A DNA stretch of 64,000 nucleotides, from contig OX597831.1 of the NCBI GenBank assembly GCA_951406725.2, forward strand, positions 41,044,001 through 41,108,000, given 5' to 3'. How positions within the stretch are numbered: the first letter of the stretch is position 1; each line of letters opens with the position of its first letter. This DNA is from Octopus vulgaris (Eukaryota). Positions 41,008-53,609 of the stretch are shown piece by piece. The notes under the pieces were generated by a model. That model saw nothing but the letters and a program-made list of their open reading frames with translations, was not told where the DNA came from and ran no database searches. The position numbers were made by a program, and so were the translations under genes.

Positions 41008-41553
41008 GCCTTGATGCAGCACCAGGCAGTGGCTCTCGTGGCTTCTGATCTTAACTGATTGGAAGTGTTATCATGTACATTGTTTTGTCTTGGTATAAAA
41101 GATGAGCTACAGCAAATATTCTGCCCAATACCACAGATTTGTTTTTCAGTTTAACCAGTTGAGCATGTCCCCTATTGGCTGACGATGTGTGCATCTCTGA
41201 TCACGATCAGAAGTAGTGGGAGAGCATCATAGCAATGTGTTGAAAGGAATTCTTGGAGGTTTGGATAATTCACCTTTGGAAACATGGGTGTTTCGTTCAA
41301 CATCCTTAAACAATCCTTATTGGGGGACTTTTTGAGCGGGATGGGCTACTCGACCAGAAGAAAATTCTAACTGCGCCCTACCTGCAAGGTCATGCGCTGT
41401 TTATCTTGATATAAGATCACCATGTCGCGCACACATTATTTTGATGCATATGCTTAGTGTACTCTAATCAGACGGGTTAGTCATGATGGGTATACTGGAC
41501 TTCGTATATTTTACCCCAGTGTCACTTTGATGGCATGCACTGCTCTCTCACCC
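41008..41553 (+). mobile_element. Family E non-coding element in (AAT)n, longest copy
   Basis: (AAT)n-GCCTTGATGCAGCACCAGGCAGTGG...GATGGCATGCACTGCTCTCTCACCC-(AAT)n; a degenerate second copy follows at ~41677-41950. Confidence 0.78.
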
Positions 41554-41624
<71 letters not shown>

Positions 41625-42004
41625 CAACAACAATGATAATGATGATGATGATGGAATGCCGTGATGCAATAAATTCCCTTATGCAATACCAGGCAGAGGA
41701 TCTCATGGTTTCTGATCTTAACTGATAGGAAGTGTTAACATGTATATGTGGACTACAGCAAATATTCTGCTCAAAATTACAGGTTTGGTTATCATTCGCT
41801 TGAGCTTAACCAGTTGAGCACGTCCCTTAGTGAATGACAATATGTGCATATCTGATCACGAGCAGGGGTAGCTGGGGTGGGAGCATCATAGTCATGAATT
41901 GAGAAACATGGGTGTTTTGCTTATAATACTTAAATAATCCTTATTCTAGGACCTTTTACACACATACATACATACATACATACATACATACATACATACA
42001 TACA

Positions 42005-42038
<34 letters not shown>

Positions 42039-42040
42039 CA

Positions 42041-42074
<34 letters not shown>

Positions 42075-42110
42075 CATACATGTATGTATTTAAGTTTGTA
42101 TGTGATTGTT

Positions 42111-42310
42111 CTTTTATTCTTTTACTTGTTTCTATCATTTGATTGTGGCCATGCTGGAGCACCGCCTTAACGAAATCAACCCCAGGACTTATTCTTTGTA
42201 AGCCTTATACTTATTCTATCGGTCACTTTCGCCGAACAGCAAAGTTACGAGGGACAAATACAGACACACAAGCACACACACACACACACACATATATAAA
42301 TGTGTGTGTA

Positions 42311-42349
<39 letters not shown>

Positions 42350-42555
42350 GTATATGTTTTGTGTAGTGTCTGTGTTTGTCCCCCCATCATCGCTTGACAA
42401 CCGATGCTGGTGTGTTTACGTCCCCGTAAGCGAGACCAATAGGATAAGTACTACGCTTACAAAGAATAAGACCTAGGGGCGATTTGTTCGACTAAAGGCC
42501 GTGCTCCAGCATGGCCGCAGTCAAATGACTGAAACAAATAAAAGAATAAAAGAAT
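42111..42555. mobile_element. Two SINE family A 3' halves in inverted orientation around the internal microsatellite
   Basis: Minus-strand tail 42111-42270, plus-strand tail 42365-42555, no head. Confidence 0.8.
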
Positions 42556-43083
42556 ATATATATATATTTATATATATATATATTTATATATATATATATT
42601 TATATATATATATATAGTATGTATGTATGTATGTATGTATGTATGTTTGTATGTATGTATGTATGTATGTATAAGCTACAGAGCCCAGACTGCCCTTTAG
42701 GTAAGTAGATTGCAGTCGAGCAATCTGAGTCCTCAACTTGTTCCGTTTTTCAAAAGGTTTGCAAGGCGCCAGCAAACCCCGGGAGTCACATTCGTGTCCA
42801 TAAAACATAATTACAGCTTTATTTTATTGAACACCCATTTGTCGTTCACGGCAGGAGAATCCAGGCTTACATAAATACATGTGTGTGCATGTACAGACTT
42901 GATCGCATGCTAATGAGTAGCAACTATGTGTATGGGTGTATGTATGTATATAAGTAGGTACGTATGTACTAGTGTATGCATGTATGTTTGTATATGTCTG
43001 CATCTGTGTAGGGGGTATAGTACTTCTCTTTAAGAAAGGTTTTAAAAATTGTATCGTTATAAACCAAGCGGAGCATATGATGG

Positions 43084-43114
<31 letters not shown>

Positions 43115-43449
43115 CATACACGCGCGCACACACACATATTCGTGCGTGCACACACGCTCACGCGCACACACACAAGCATGTGCACAGTATCGTGGTTGTA
43201 GTGGCGGTGGTGTTTGTGGTGGAGGGATTATGATTTCCAAGTTTATCTCTACTCTATACTGTTTTTTGCCTCCATCTTTCTCTAATTCCCTTTCTCTCCC
43301 ACTCCCTCTTTCACCGTTTTCTATTTGTCTTCCCCTCTACCATCTCTTTTTCTCTCTCTCGTTGCTCACACGTGGCCATCGATCATCTTTCTTTCCTCGC
43401 GTGACCATTTTTCTTTTTCTATTTGTCTATCTCCTCTTCTCTCTCTCTC

Positions 43450-43483
<34 letters not shown>

Positions 43484-43993
43484 GTTGCTCACACATGACC
43501 ATCGTCCATCTTTCTTTTCTCGCGTGACCATCTTTCTTTTCTCGCGTGACCATCTTTCTTTTTCTGCACAGGATGTTTAAAAGTGCAGACGCTGGTTTTC
43601 TCTGTCTCTTCTATCTTTTCTCTTTTCAAAAAAATATTTCTCCCAACGTTCACTATTTTCCTCTCGTTCTGGTCTTACGACCGTCCATGTTTGTTTTCGT
43701 TCGGTGTCCTTGTATATCTTAACTGTCATGCTTTTTTGGTTCCCAACTCTGACCTTACATAAATCCTAAATTTTATTTTAGAATTTATGGGAGCAACTGT
43801 TTTTGAAAACTCACATTGTTGAATGCTCGAAATGAGGGCTTGATAGCCAACTGGTGAAGGGTCCCTTCTCTGTGTTAACTTTCCCGCTTTCCATCTTTTT
43901 CTTTTTGTTTACGTATTTCATTCGTTTTTCCCTAGTTTGGTTACGTATTTCATGTTATTTGCACCGTTGGTGACGTCCTATATCCATATATGC

Positions 43994-44043
<50 letters not shown>

Positions 44044-44218
44044 AGATATAAGAAAAAGGGACAGGCAAAACAGGTTGCTTGACCGCATACCGAAAAAATA
44101 GAAATAGCAGTCAAGAATGCTTATTTCTATCAAAGTTGGACTCCGGGCATGACAGACCCTGTAATTCACATATGCAAAACAGAAGGAATAGATAACGAAT
44201 ACGAAGTCTGGCGGTTAT

Positions 44219-44329
44219 CTGTGAACATCATGTTTCTGGATTATAAACATATTGAATATATATTCCATATATTTTTGATATATATTTCATATATATTGCA
44301 TATATATTTCACATCCTTCTTCAGCACAG
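44219..44329 (-). ncRNA. Type-I hammerhead ribozyme-like motif, copy 1
   Basis: CTGTG-CTGAAGA-A-GGAT[~70 nt AU-rich]ATCC-A-GAA-ACATGATGT-T-CACAG. Confidence 0.6.
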
Positions 44330-44860
44330 CTTTCCATTGAAAAAGATTTATCATAGATTTATCAAATGCTACGTACCTCAAACCTCTTGACCATGCGACA
44401 TCAAAATATTTGAAGAAAGTGAGCAAAGGCTAAACCTACATAGACGTTTGAATTCATAAATCTTCCCTCCAAAATTTTGCCATGCGCATTACAAAAATAG
44501 TTCCATAAGATGGGGAACAATTAGGTTGTCAAAGGGAGTGAAAAATCCAAATAGTAATATAATGATAAGAGTAAATAATTTCTATAAAGGCTTTTAAAAA
44601 AACCCCAATTATTTACTGGTAGAATTCGGTATGTAAATATAGCCGATTACCGGCAGGAACTTCTGTAAAGTTCAGTATATATATTGTATATAAGAAAAAG
44701 GGACAGGCAAAACAGGTTGCTTGACCGCATACCGAAAAAATAGAAATAGCAGTCAAGAATGCTTATTTCTATCAAAGTTGGACTCCGGGCATGACAGACC
44801 CTGTAATTCACATATGCAAAACAGAAGGAATAGATAACGAATACGAAGTCTGGCGGTTAC

Positions 44861-44971
44861 CTGTGAACATCATGTTTCTGGATTATAAACATATTGAATA
44901 TATATTCCATATATTTTTTATATATATTTCATATATATTGCATATATATTTCACATCCTTCTTCAGCACAG
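44861..44971 (-). ncRNA. Type-I hammerhead ribozyme-like motif, copy 2
   Basis: Same as copy 1, offset 642. Confidence 0.6.
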
Positions 44972-45500
44972 CTTTCCATTGAAAAAGATTTATCATAGAT
45001 TTATCAAATGCTACGTACCTCAAACCTCTTGACCATGCGACATCAAAATATTTGAAGAAAGTGAGCAAAGGCTAAACCTACATAGACGTTTGAATTCATA
45101 AATCTTCCCTCCAAAATTTTGCCATGCGCATTACAAAAATAGTTCCATAAGATGGGGAACAATTAGGTTGTCAAAGGGAGTGAAAAATCCAAATAGTAAT
45201 ATAATGATAAGAGTAAATAATTTCTATAAAGGCTTTTAAAAAAACCCCAATTATTTACTGGTAGAATTCGGTATGTAAATATAGCCGATTTCCGGCAGGA
45301 ACTTCTGTAAAGTTCAGTATATATATTGTATATAAGAAAAAGGGACAGGCAAAACAGGTTGCTTGACCGCATACCGAAAAAATCGTCTATGTAGGTTTAG
45401 CCTTTGCTCACTTTCTTCAAATATTTTGATGTCGCATGGTCAGAAGGTTTGAGGTACGTAGCATTTGATAAATCTATGATAAATCTTTTTCAATGGAAAG

Positions 45501-45611
45501 CTGTGCTGAAGAAGGATGTGAAATATATATGCAATATATATGAAATATATATCAAAAATATATGGAATATATATCCAATATGTCTATAATCCAGAAACAT
45601 GATGTTCACAG
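45501..45611 (+). ncRNA. Type-I hammerhead ribozyme-like motif, inverted copy
   Basis: CTGTG CTGAAGA A GGAT...ATCC A GAAACATGATGTT CACAG readable directly on + strand. Confidence 0.6.
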
Positions 45612-46014
45612 ATAACCGCCAGACTTCGTATTCGTTATCTATTCCGTCTGTTTTGCATATGTGAATTACAGGGTCTGTCATGCCCGGAGTCCAACTTTGA
45701 TAGAAATAAGCATTCTTGACTGCTATTTCTATTTTTTCGGTATGCGGTCAAGCAACCTGTTTTGCCTGTCCCTTTTTCTTATATACAATATATATACTGA
45801 ACTTTACAGAAGTTCCTGCCGGAAATCGGCTATATTTACATACCGAATTCTACCAGTAAATAATTGGGGTTTTTTTAAAAGCCTTTATAGAAATTATTTA
45901 CTCTTATCATTATATTACTATATATATAGATAGATAGCCACAGTCAAATGACTGAAACAAGTAAAAGAGTAAAAAAGAGTATCTTATTTATTATATATAT
46001 ATATGTCTTATTTA

Positions 46015-46093
<79 letters not shown>

Positions 46094-46699
46094 AATATAC
46101 ATGAGTGTGAGAGTGTGTATATGTATGTGTTTCTGCTTATACATATATATATGTATGTGTGTGTGTGTGCCTCTGTGTGTCTATATAATTATATATATAT
46201 GTATGTATGCGTGCTTATGTGTATGTATATACATATATATATTTATATATATGTGAATATATATATGGATATGTTTATATATGCAATTGTGCATGTGTGT
46301 ATATATATATATGTGTGTATATATATGTGTGTATATATATGTGTGTATATACATGTGTGTATGTGTGTGTGTGCCACATTTAGGCAGATGTGTATACGTG
46401 TGTGTCTATTATGCTCCTCATTCTCTCTACATCTGCACCTCTCCACCTCTCCTACCCTTACCTCACGTGCACACTGACATGTACACAAACACACACACAC
46501 ACACACACATACACACAAATGCACATAGCCTTGTTTATCTAATTAGTTTATCAAACCAGCCAGATTAATTAACAGTAACACTTCCCTTCCTTAAACAGGA
46601 TATGGTAACAACATTATAGTTCAGCTGCCATCTTGTACGCAAATATTATTTTGCCGTAAAACATTTCTTGTCGTTGTTGTGTTTAACTGTTTTCACCAC

Positions 46700-47450
46700 A
46701 GCACGCCGCCGCCGCCACCACCACCACCAACAACAGCACCACCACCATCATCACTACTACCATCACCACTTCCGCCGATAATAACAACACAACTGTTACG
46801 CAGCTGTCATTTTTTCTTTTATATGAGTTTCATAATGACGATGACGATGACGATGATGAGGATGATGATGATTATTATAATGATGAAGATGCTGGTGATG
46901 ATGATGGCAATGACAGCGACAATGGTGGTGGTGGTGGTGGTGGTGCTGGTGGTGCTGGTGATATCATCATGATGATGATCAGCATCATCACCGTCGTTGT
47001 CATCATCATCATCATCATCATCATGTGATGGTGCTTGTGCAATGACAATATGGTGGTGGTGGTGGTGGTGGTGGATTAAGACAATGGTATTAGTGGTTGT
47101 TGCGATGTTTCTGTGGTCGATGTAGATGATGGTGGTGGTGGTGGTGGTGGTGGTGGTGATGAGGAGGAGGAAGAGAAGGAGGAGGAGGAAGAGAAGGAGG
47201 AGGAGGAAGAGAAGGAGGAGGAGGTTAACCACTACGACGACGACAATGACGGTGGTGGTGATGGCAATGATGATGATGATAATGAGGATGATATCATTTG
47301 ACTTAAAAGTGATGTCTGTTGTTTTGCTTATGATAACCATGCCAATGATGACAGTGGTGGTGGTGGTGGTGGAGGGGGAGAAGGAGGAGGAGGTGGTGGT
47401 GGTAGTGGTGGAAGAGGTGGTAGTGGTGGTGGTGGTGGTGATAGTTCTAA
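46700..47450. repeat. Compound triplet low-complexity region (CCA/GAT/GGT/GGA)
   Basis: Directly visible. Confidence 0.9.
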
Positions 47451-47761
47451 GCGATCATGGCATTGGTAGTTTTCATGCGGATTTTCTTTTGGTTTTGGTG
47501 TTTTTCTCAGTGGGTAACAGTTATGATATTGTTTATGTTGCTAGAGATAGCCGTAATAGTGGTGAGAGTAGTGGTGGAAGCGGGGCTGGAGGTTATGGTT
47601 TTTACTTGTCGCTATTTGCTGTTGTTTAAAGTCTTTGAGTCGATCCTGGTCGAGAAACAACAATGGATTTTGCCAATGAAACGTACGAAACAATCAACGA
47701 ATTAGCAAATGAATCGACGACAACCATAGATAATGCTTTTTAATAAAACAACCAATGACCT

Positions 47762-47890
47762 GAGACAGAAGCTGGCTCTTTCTCTATTAGCAAGAAATCT
47801 CGAAGTAAAACTGAATAATGACATACATACATACATACATACATACATACATACATACATACATACATACATACATACATACATACATAG
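47762..47890 (+). mobile_element. Family F LINE extreme 3' end + (TACA)n tail
   Basis: AGAAGCTGGCTCTTTCTCTATTAGCAAGAAATCTCGAAGTAAAACTGAATAATGA(CATA)n. Confidence 0.65.
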
Positions 47891-48923
47891 AAAGTTATAT
47901 AGACAGATAGGCAGACATATACATAATAAACCTTGGCTTTGATAGTTTCCATCTATCAAATACCTCACAATGCATTGGCTATACTGAAGCTATGAAAAAA
48001 CATACTTGCCCAAGGTGCCACGCAGTGGAAGTGAACACCAAACAATATAATTGTGATGTAAAATTCTTAATATTTCATCCGGTTAATACCACAAGATGAC
48101 ATCTTGGGCACCTTTAGCAGACCTATTCTGACGCAAACATTTGGGTCAGGTCTGTGCCCTGAGAATAATACCATTCCACCTTCCTTCACACCAATCTTCA
48201 AGGACAGTGCCATAGATTATCGGTATTGCTTTATCTCCTGATTAAACGATTAAGATAAACAAAAACGCAGCCATTTTTAGTCCAAGATAAACCCGGATAG
48301 ATTTATGACTGGAGATGTTCCAAACTTGACCGTCCCACTTGTCTCAAAATACAGTTGAATTATCTTATCCGGATCGATCTCACTTCGTTTATCGAATTAT
48401 ATCAGGGTGCAATGTGGAGGCGATTTGACTGCTATTTTTTTTTTTTTTTTTTGTAAGCAGTTCGACCACATGCAGGCTTTTGTATTAGAGCGGTGAAATC
48501 GATATTTTTGACATTTGTTATATCAGAACAGGTCTACTCGTCTCCATTTAACACCAATTTCCATATCACACGTGTGGTGCAACGCGTGTGTGTATGCTTG
48601 CTTGTGTGTGGGGGTGGGTGAAAAAGAGAGAGAGAAACAAACAAACAAACAAACAAAGAACGAAAGAAAGAGAGAGAGAGAGATTATTCACGTGCTAACA
48701 TGTGAACATAGTAAGTATTTTCCTTTTCTCCCCTTCATTCGTATTTGTAAGCATGTAATGTTACCATAACAACTTTGGGAATATGTAAGCAAGTTGTTGG
48801 CAACACATTTATATGTGTACGCTTCTGAGCACGCACATCTTCATACATACGAAAACAATCTGTCTGTATGTGTGTACCTCTGAGTGTGTGCATATATACA
48901 TATATAGATACATATATGTATTC

Positions 48924-48972
<49 letters not shown>

Positions 48973-49086
48973 CACACATGTACATGTAAATATATGTATA
49001 TATATATTTATATACACACATGTACATATATATATGTGTGTATGTATGTATACATACATACATACATACATACATGCATACATGCA

Positions 49087-49120
<34 letters not shown>

Positions 49121-49410
49121 ATTGGGTTTACGTTTTGATTTGTATGCATGAGAGCGAATTTACCCGTATATAATCTATGCATTTATTTTTTTGCATGCAT
49201 CAGTAAATATGATTCGTACTCTGCTAATCTGTATGCTCGATGTTTATAGTCGGTGTGTATAGCACGTATGTAAAAATGTGCGCATATTGCTTTGTGACAG
49301 TACGTGAATACGCACACACACACACACATATACTCACGCACACACACACATATACTCACACACACACTCACATATACTCACACACACACACACACATATA
49401 TATGTGTGTG

Positions 49411-49442
<32 letters not shown>

Positions 49443-49457
49443 CTGGTTCGTTTGGGC

Positions 49458-49507
<50 letters not shown>

Positions 49508-49520
49508 TGGTTCGTTTGGG

Positions 49521-49555
<35 letters not shown>

Positions 49556-50423
49556 TTACACACACACACATACTGGTTTGTTTGCTAGCCTGAGGGTAAG
49601 TAGTCGAACAAACGGTGTTATAATGCAAATAAACCGGAACAAACTTGCAAGATTTGATGCATAAGCAGAAACAAGCTTTTTGCCTTCTGTTGCACAAAAG
49701 TTGCCACTGGAGAGTGAAATACAGATTTGTTCCCAGCACTGCTGATTCGTAAATGTTTCTAAATTCGGAAAGCGAAATCCGATTGTGATGTTATAAACTG
49801 TGTGTGGGAGATGATTAGAAGTTTCATTCATAGGATTCAAGCCCTGTCATATCTAATTAACAATGCAACAATGCAACCATACTTTCGCTATTACATGCAG
49901 ACCGCTGGAACCACATCCTATTCCACTTCGTTTATATTTTCATGAGATTTCTGAGTAGGTTTAAAAAAGATGAGAAAAGGAGAAGAAAGGAACAGAAGTG
50001 TGGCGAGAACCGACAAAGAACCTTTAACGTATTTGTATAATCTCTTCGTATATCGAATGAGAATTGTAGGTTCTATTCGCGGTTAAGCAATTCCGTTTTC
50101 GTTTTCCGACTATCTCCGGTTGTTTTTAATAAATAGTTTGAAGAGATTAATGGATACTTGTAGACGTACGTCTAATGTCATTGCTAGTCTTATCGTTGTT
50201 GTTACGTGGCTCCAGGTCGGGATTGATCCTGGAGGAGACTTATGGTCAAATGTGTTGCAACTGTGTTCATCTGGCCATAGTTAATAAATAGCTTGAAGAG
50301 TTAATAGACTTCACTTGTTGTCAATGATGTGGGCCTTGATCAGCACTGATCCAGAACAATTAAGATTAAAATACTTCCTAAATATTTTTTTGCCGTATAT
50401 TTTAGGATTTCATCTACCAATGC

Positions 50424-50628
50424 TCTTTACTCTTTTACTTGTTTCTAGAGCACCGCCTTTGGTCGAACAAATCGACCCCAGGACTTATTCTTTGTAAACT
50501 TAGTACTTATTCTATCGGTCTCTTTTGCCGAACTGCTAAGTTACGGGGACGTAAACACACCACCATCGGTTGTCAAGCGATGTTGGGGGGACAAACACAA
50601 ACACACACTCACACACACAAACACACAC

Positions 50629-50685
<57 letters not shown>

Positions 50686-50852
50686 CACATATATACGACG
50701 GGCTTCTTTCAGTTTCCGTCTACCAAATCCACTCACAGGGCTTTGGTCGGCCCAAGGCTGTAGTAGAAGACACTTGCCCAAGGTGCCACGCAGTGGGACT
50801 GAACCCGGAACCATATGGCTGGTAAGCAAGCTACTTACTACACAGCCACTTC
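50424..50852 (-). mobile_element. SINE family A, near full length
   Basis: Homology to family. Confidence 0.9.
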
Positions 50853-50887
50853 TGTAATGTTGATGTATACAAGATGATATGTATGAA

Positions 50888-51344
50888 TCTCTCTATATAT
50901 AAACGGCAGTTTGTCTGTCTGTGTGTCTGTCAGGTTGTACCCTCACCCTGACCACGGCTTTCAACCGATTCTGATGAAACTTGACACACACATAGCCCAA
51001 TGTCATAATTCAAAACTAATGCAGGGAAAATTTTGAAAAGTTCCCCCAGTTCTGAAAAAATCGATAAATTCGACATGGGGTCGAGAATATAAGCTTTTTA
51101 TATGAAACACATTTTCTGGGCTGTACGTGGGCTGTTCACGCGTTGGGAGGCGCAATGATGTTTTCATGTTTTCGCCCAAAGGGACAGCTAGGAACATCGT
51201 ATACACAGAAGTATTCGAGTGAAGAGAAGACATTGCAACCTACACATGCGCCTTCGTCCCCTAGAGGGAAAGGACTAGATTGGGATTAGTCGTTGCCTAC
51301 TAGGGGCTCTTACATACCCGGGCAACGTCGGGCTATGCTGCTAG
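50888..51344 (+). mobile_element. Non-autonomous Helitron retaining the RepHel helicase C-terminus
   Basis: A|TC...CCCGGGCAACGTCGGG...CTAG|T; 51121-51222 reads LYVGCSRVGRRNDVFMFSPKGTARNIVYTEVFE*, matching Pif1-type helicase motif VI and the NIVY-EV tail of Helitron RepHel. Confidence 0.92.
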
Positions 51345-52132
51345 TTACTAATAAACGTAAATAATTATTATTACTCTTGTTGCCGTTATCTACATATCAT
51401 CATTTCTGTTTTTCATCTTGTCTTTTAACAGACCAAACAGAATCGAGGGAAATATATATTTATTATAGCACTAATTGGATTTTATAAATTTTTATACAAC
51501 GAAAAACAAAGGTAAGATATTTTTTCTTATTTCTCTTTTTATTTATTTTTTTTTTTGCTTTTATTATTTTTTATGCCAAGCCATTTTGCGCGATATTGTA
51601 CTAAATCAAAGAGAGCAGATACGGTCTTGTATACATTTTGGTATTTTTTATGTCCTCAGCAACTCATAACAGCTTATATAAGATGTGTAGTGTGTGTGTG
51701 TGTACGTGTATGTGTATGTGTGCGTGTGCTTATGAGCATGTGACCCTGTGTATATCTGCCTACGTGGCCGTGTGTATATACATAGTGCGTATGTACGTTT
51801 GCCTATTTGACTATATATATATATATATCACCGTGATCAACGTGAACGACCAGGCTATCAGATGTTGCTACACATCGCTGGTCATAATGCGCTTCAAATT
51901 CGACTGCCCCCACCCCCCAAAAAAATTTCGGTCCTTCTGCCTACAGTAGAAATGATCATCATCATCATTTTCATCATCATCGTTGTCGTCGTCGTCGTCA
52001 TCGTCGTCGTCATCATCATCATCATCATCGCTATTATTGGTGATAGTAAAACTGGATATGATGATAATATTTCAACCAAGAACGCAGCGGGGGACCTTCT
52101 CCTGTGTGTTTGAGACGTGGTGGTATATTCTG

Positions 52133-52407
52133 GGCGGCGAGCGAGCTGGCAGAAAAGGCGGTGAGCTGGCAGAAAAGGCGGCGAGCTGGCAGAAACGTTA
52201 GCACGCCGGGTGAAATGCTTAGCGGTATTTCGTCTGCCGTTACGATCTGAGTTCAAATTCCGCCGAGGTCGACTTTGCCTTTCATCCTTTCGAGGTCGAT
52301 AAATTAAGTACCAGTTACGCACTGGGGTCGATGTAATCGACTTAATACCTATGTCTGTCCTTGTTTGTCCCCTCTGTGTTTAGCCCCTTGTGGGTAGTAA
52401 AGAAATA
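52133..52407 (+). mobile_element. SINE family B monomer, young, with stuttered 5' end and ~12-14-bp TSD
   Basis: GGTATATTCTGGGC at 52122-52135 and 52408-52421. Confidence 0.92.
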
Positions 52408-52782
52408 GGTATATTCTGGGCATTTTTATCAACAACACCAACCAGACGACTAGCAACTTTAAACCGTTGATACAATATATAGCTGTGAGTATTCACAGCC
52501 GAACATGTTAAAAGTTGACACTTATTTCATTAACGTAATTACAGCTGCAGCCTGTACAAATGTTATAAACATTTATAAACAAGCATTTGTGCGCGTGTGG
52601 GCATGTCCATGCACTGTGATTGTGTATGCGTATATGTTTCTCTGGTTGTTTGTGTGTGCGTGCGCACACGAATATCTGTGTATAGGGGATTGGCTTTACT
52701 TCTCGCGCACAACGTCAGGAACGGAATGTTTTTCTCATCAATATATACTGCAGTCATCAAAACACGATTTAATGCGTGTCTA

Positions 52783-52820
<38 letters not shown>

Positions 52821-53028
52821 TATATGTATGTATGTATGTTTGTATATTAACGTTTGTTCTTGTGTTCAATTATATTAAAAACAGGTTTACATTAATCTCA
52901 TGACTTACTCTGTACTTTTGTACAGTACAAATTTATTATTCATCGTCTAACGATGGCTTATCTTAATTTCGAAGTCACAGTTAACAACCTTCTTCTTTCA
53001 GAATTATATATGTGTGTGTGTTTGTATG

Positions 53029-53062
<34 letters not shown>

Positions 53063-53088
53063 CGTATGTATGCATGTATGTATGTATT

Positions 53089-53167
53089 GGCGCAGGCGTG
53101 ACTGTGTGGTAAGAAGCTTGCTTCCCAATCACATGGTCCTGAGTTCAGTGCCACTGCGTGGCACTTT

Positions 53168-53214
<47 letters not shown>

Positions 53215-53358
53215 TAAGTAGTGTGTTTACCAACCACATGGTTCTGGGTTCAGTCCCACTGTGTGGCACCTTGGCCAAGTGTCTTCCACTATAGTCTCGG
53301 GCCGACCAAAGCCTTGTGAGTGGATTTGGTAGACGGAAACTGAAAGAAGCCCGTCGTA

Positions 53359-53400
<42 letters not shown>

Positions 53401-53609
53401 TATGTGTATTTGTGTGTGTCCCCCTAGCATTGCTTGACAACCGATGCTGGTGTGTTTATGTCCCCGTTACTTAGCGGTTCGGCAAAAGAGACCGATAGAA
53501 TAAGTACTGGGCTTACAAAGAATAAGTCCTGAGGTCAAGTTGCTCGATTAAAGGCGGTGCTCCAGCATGGCCGCAGTCAAATGACTGAAACAAGTAAAAG
53601 AGTAAAGAG

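Larger units (their letters stand above)
44047..45921. mobile_element. 642-bp non-coding unit: 2 tandem copies + ~50-bp stub + 538-bp inverted copy; Penelope-like/retrozyme-like element in (TA)n
   Basis: AGAAAAAGGGACAGGC at 44051, 44693, 45335 (period 642); 45384-45921 is the reverse complement of 44551-45088; hammerhead motif in each copy. Confidence 0.85.

Noticed and set aside
44149-45933. Repeated 61-90 aa ORFs in the 642-bp unit
   Set aside because: Short, on both strands, overlapping AT-rich loop sequence, no RT or GIY-YIG motifs
46679-47705. Acidic or basic low-complexity ORFs
   Set aside because: Mosaic of triplet repeats open in several frames; no recognisable domain
49441-49585. 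TACTGGTTCGTTTGGGCGTG repeats with variable spacers
   Set aside because: Spacers are (TA)n; local slippage duplication, like 25383-25590 and 19797-20070
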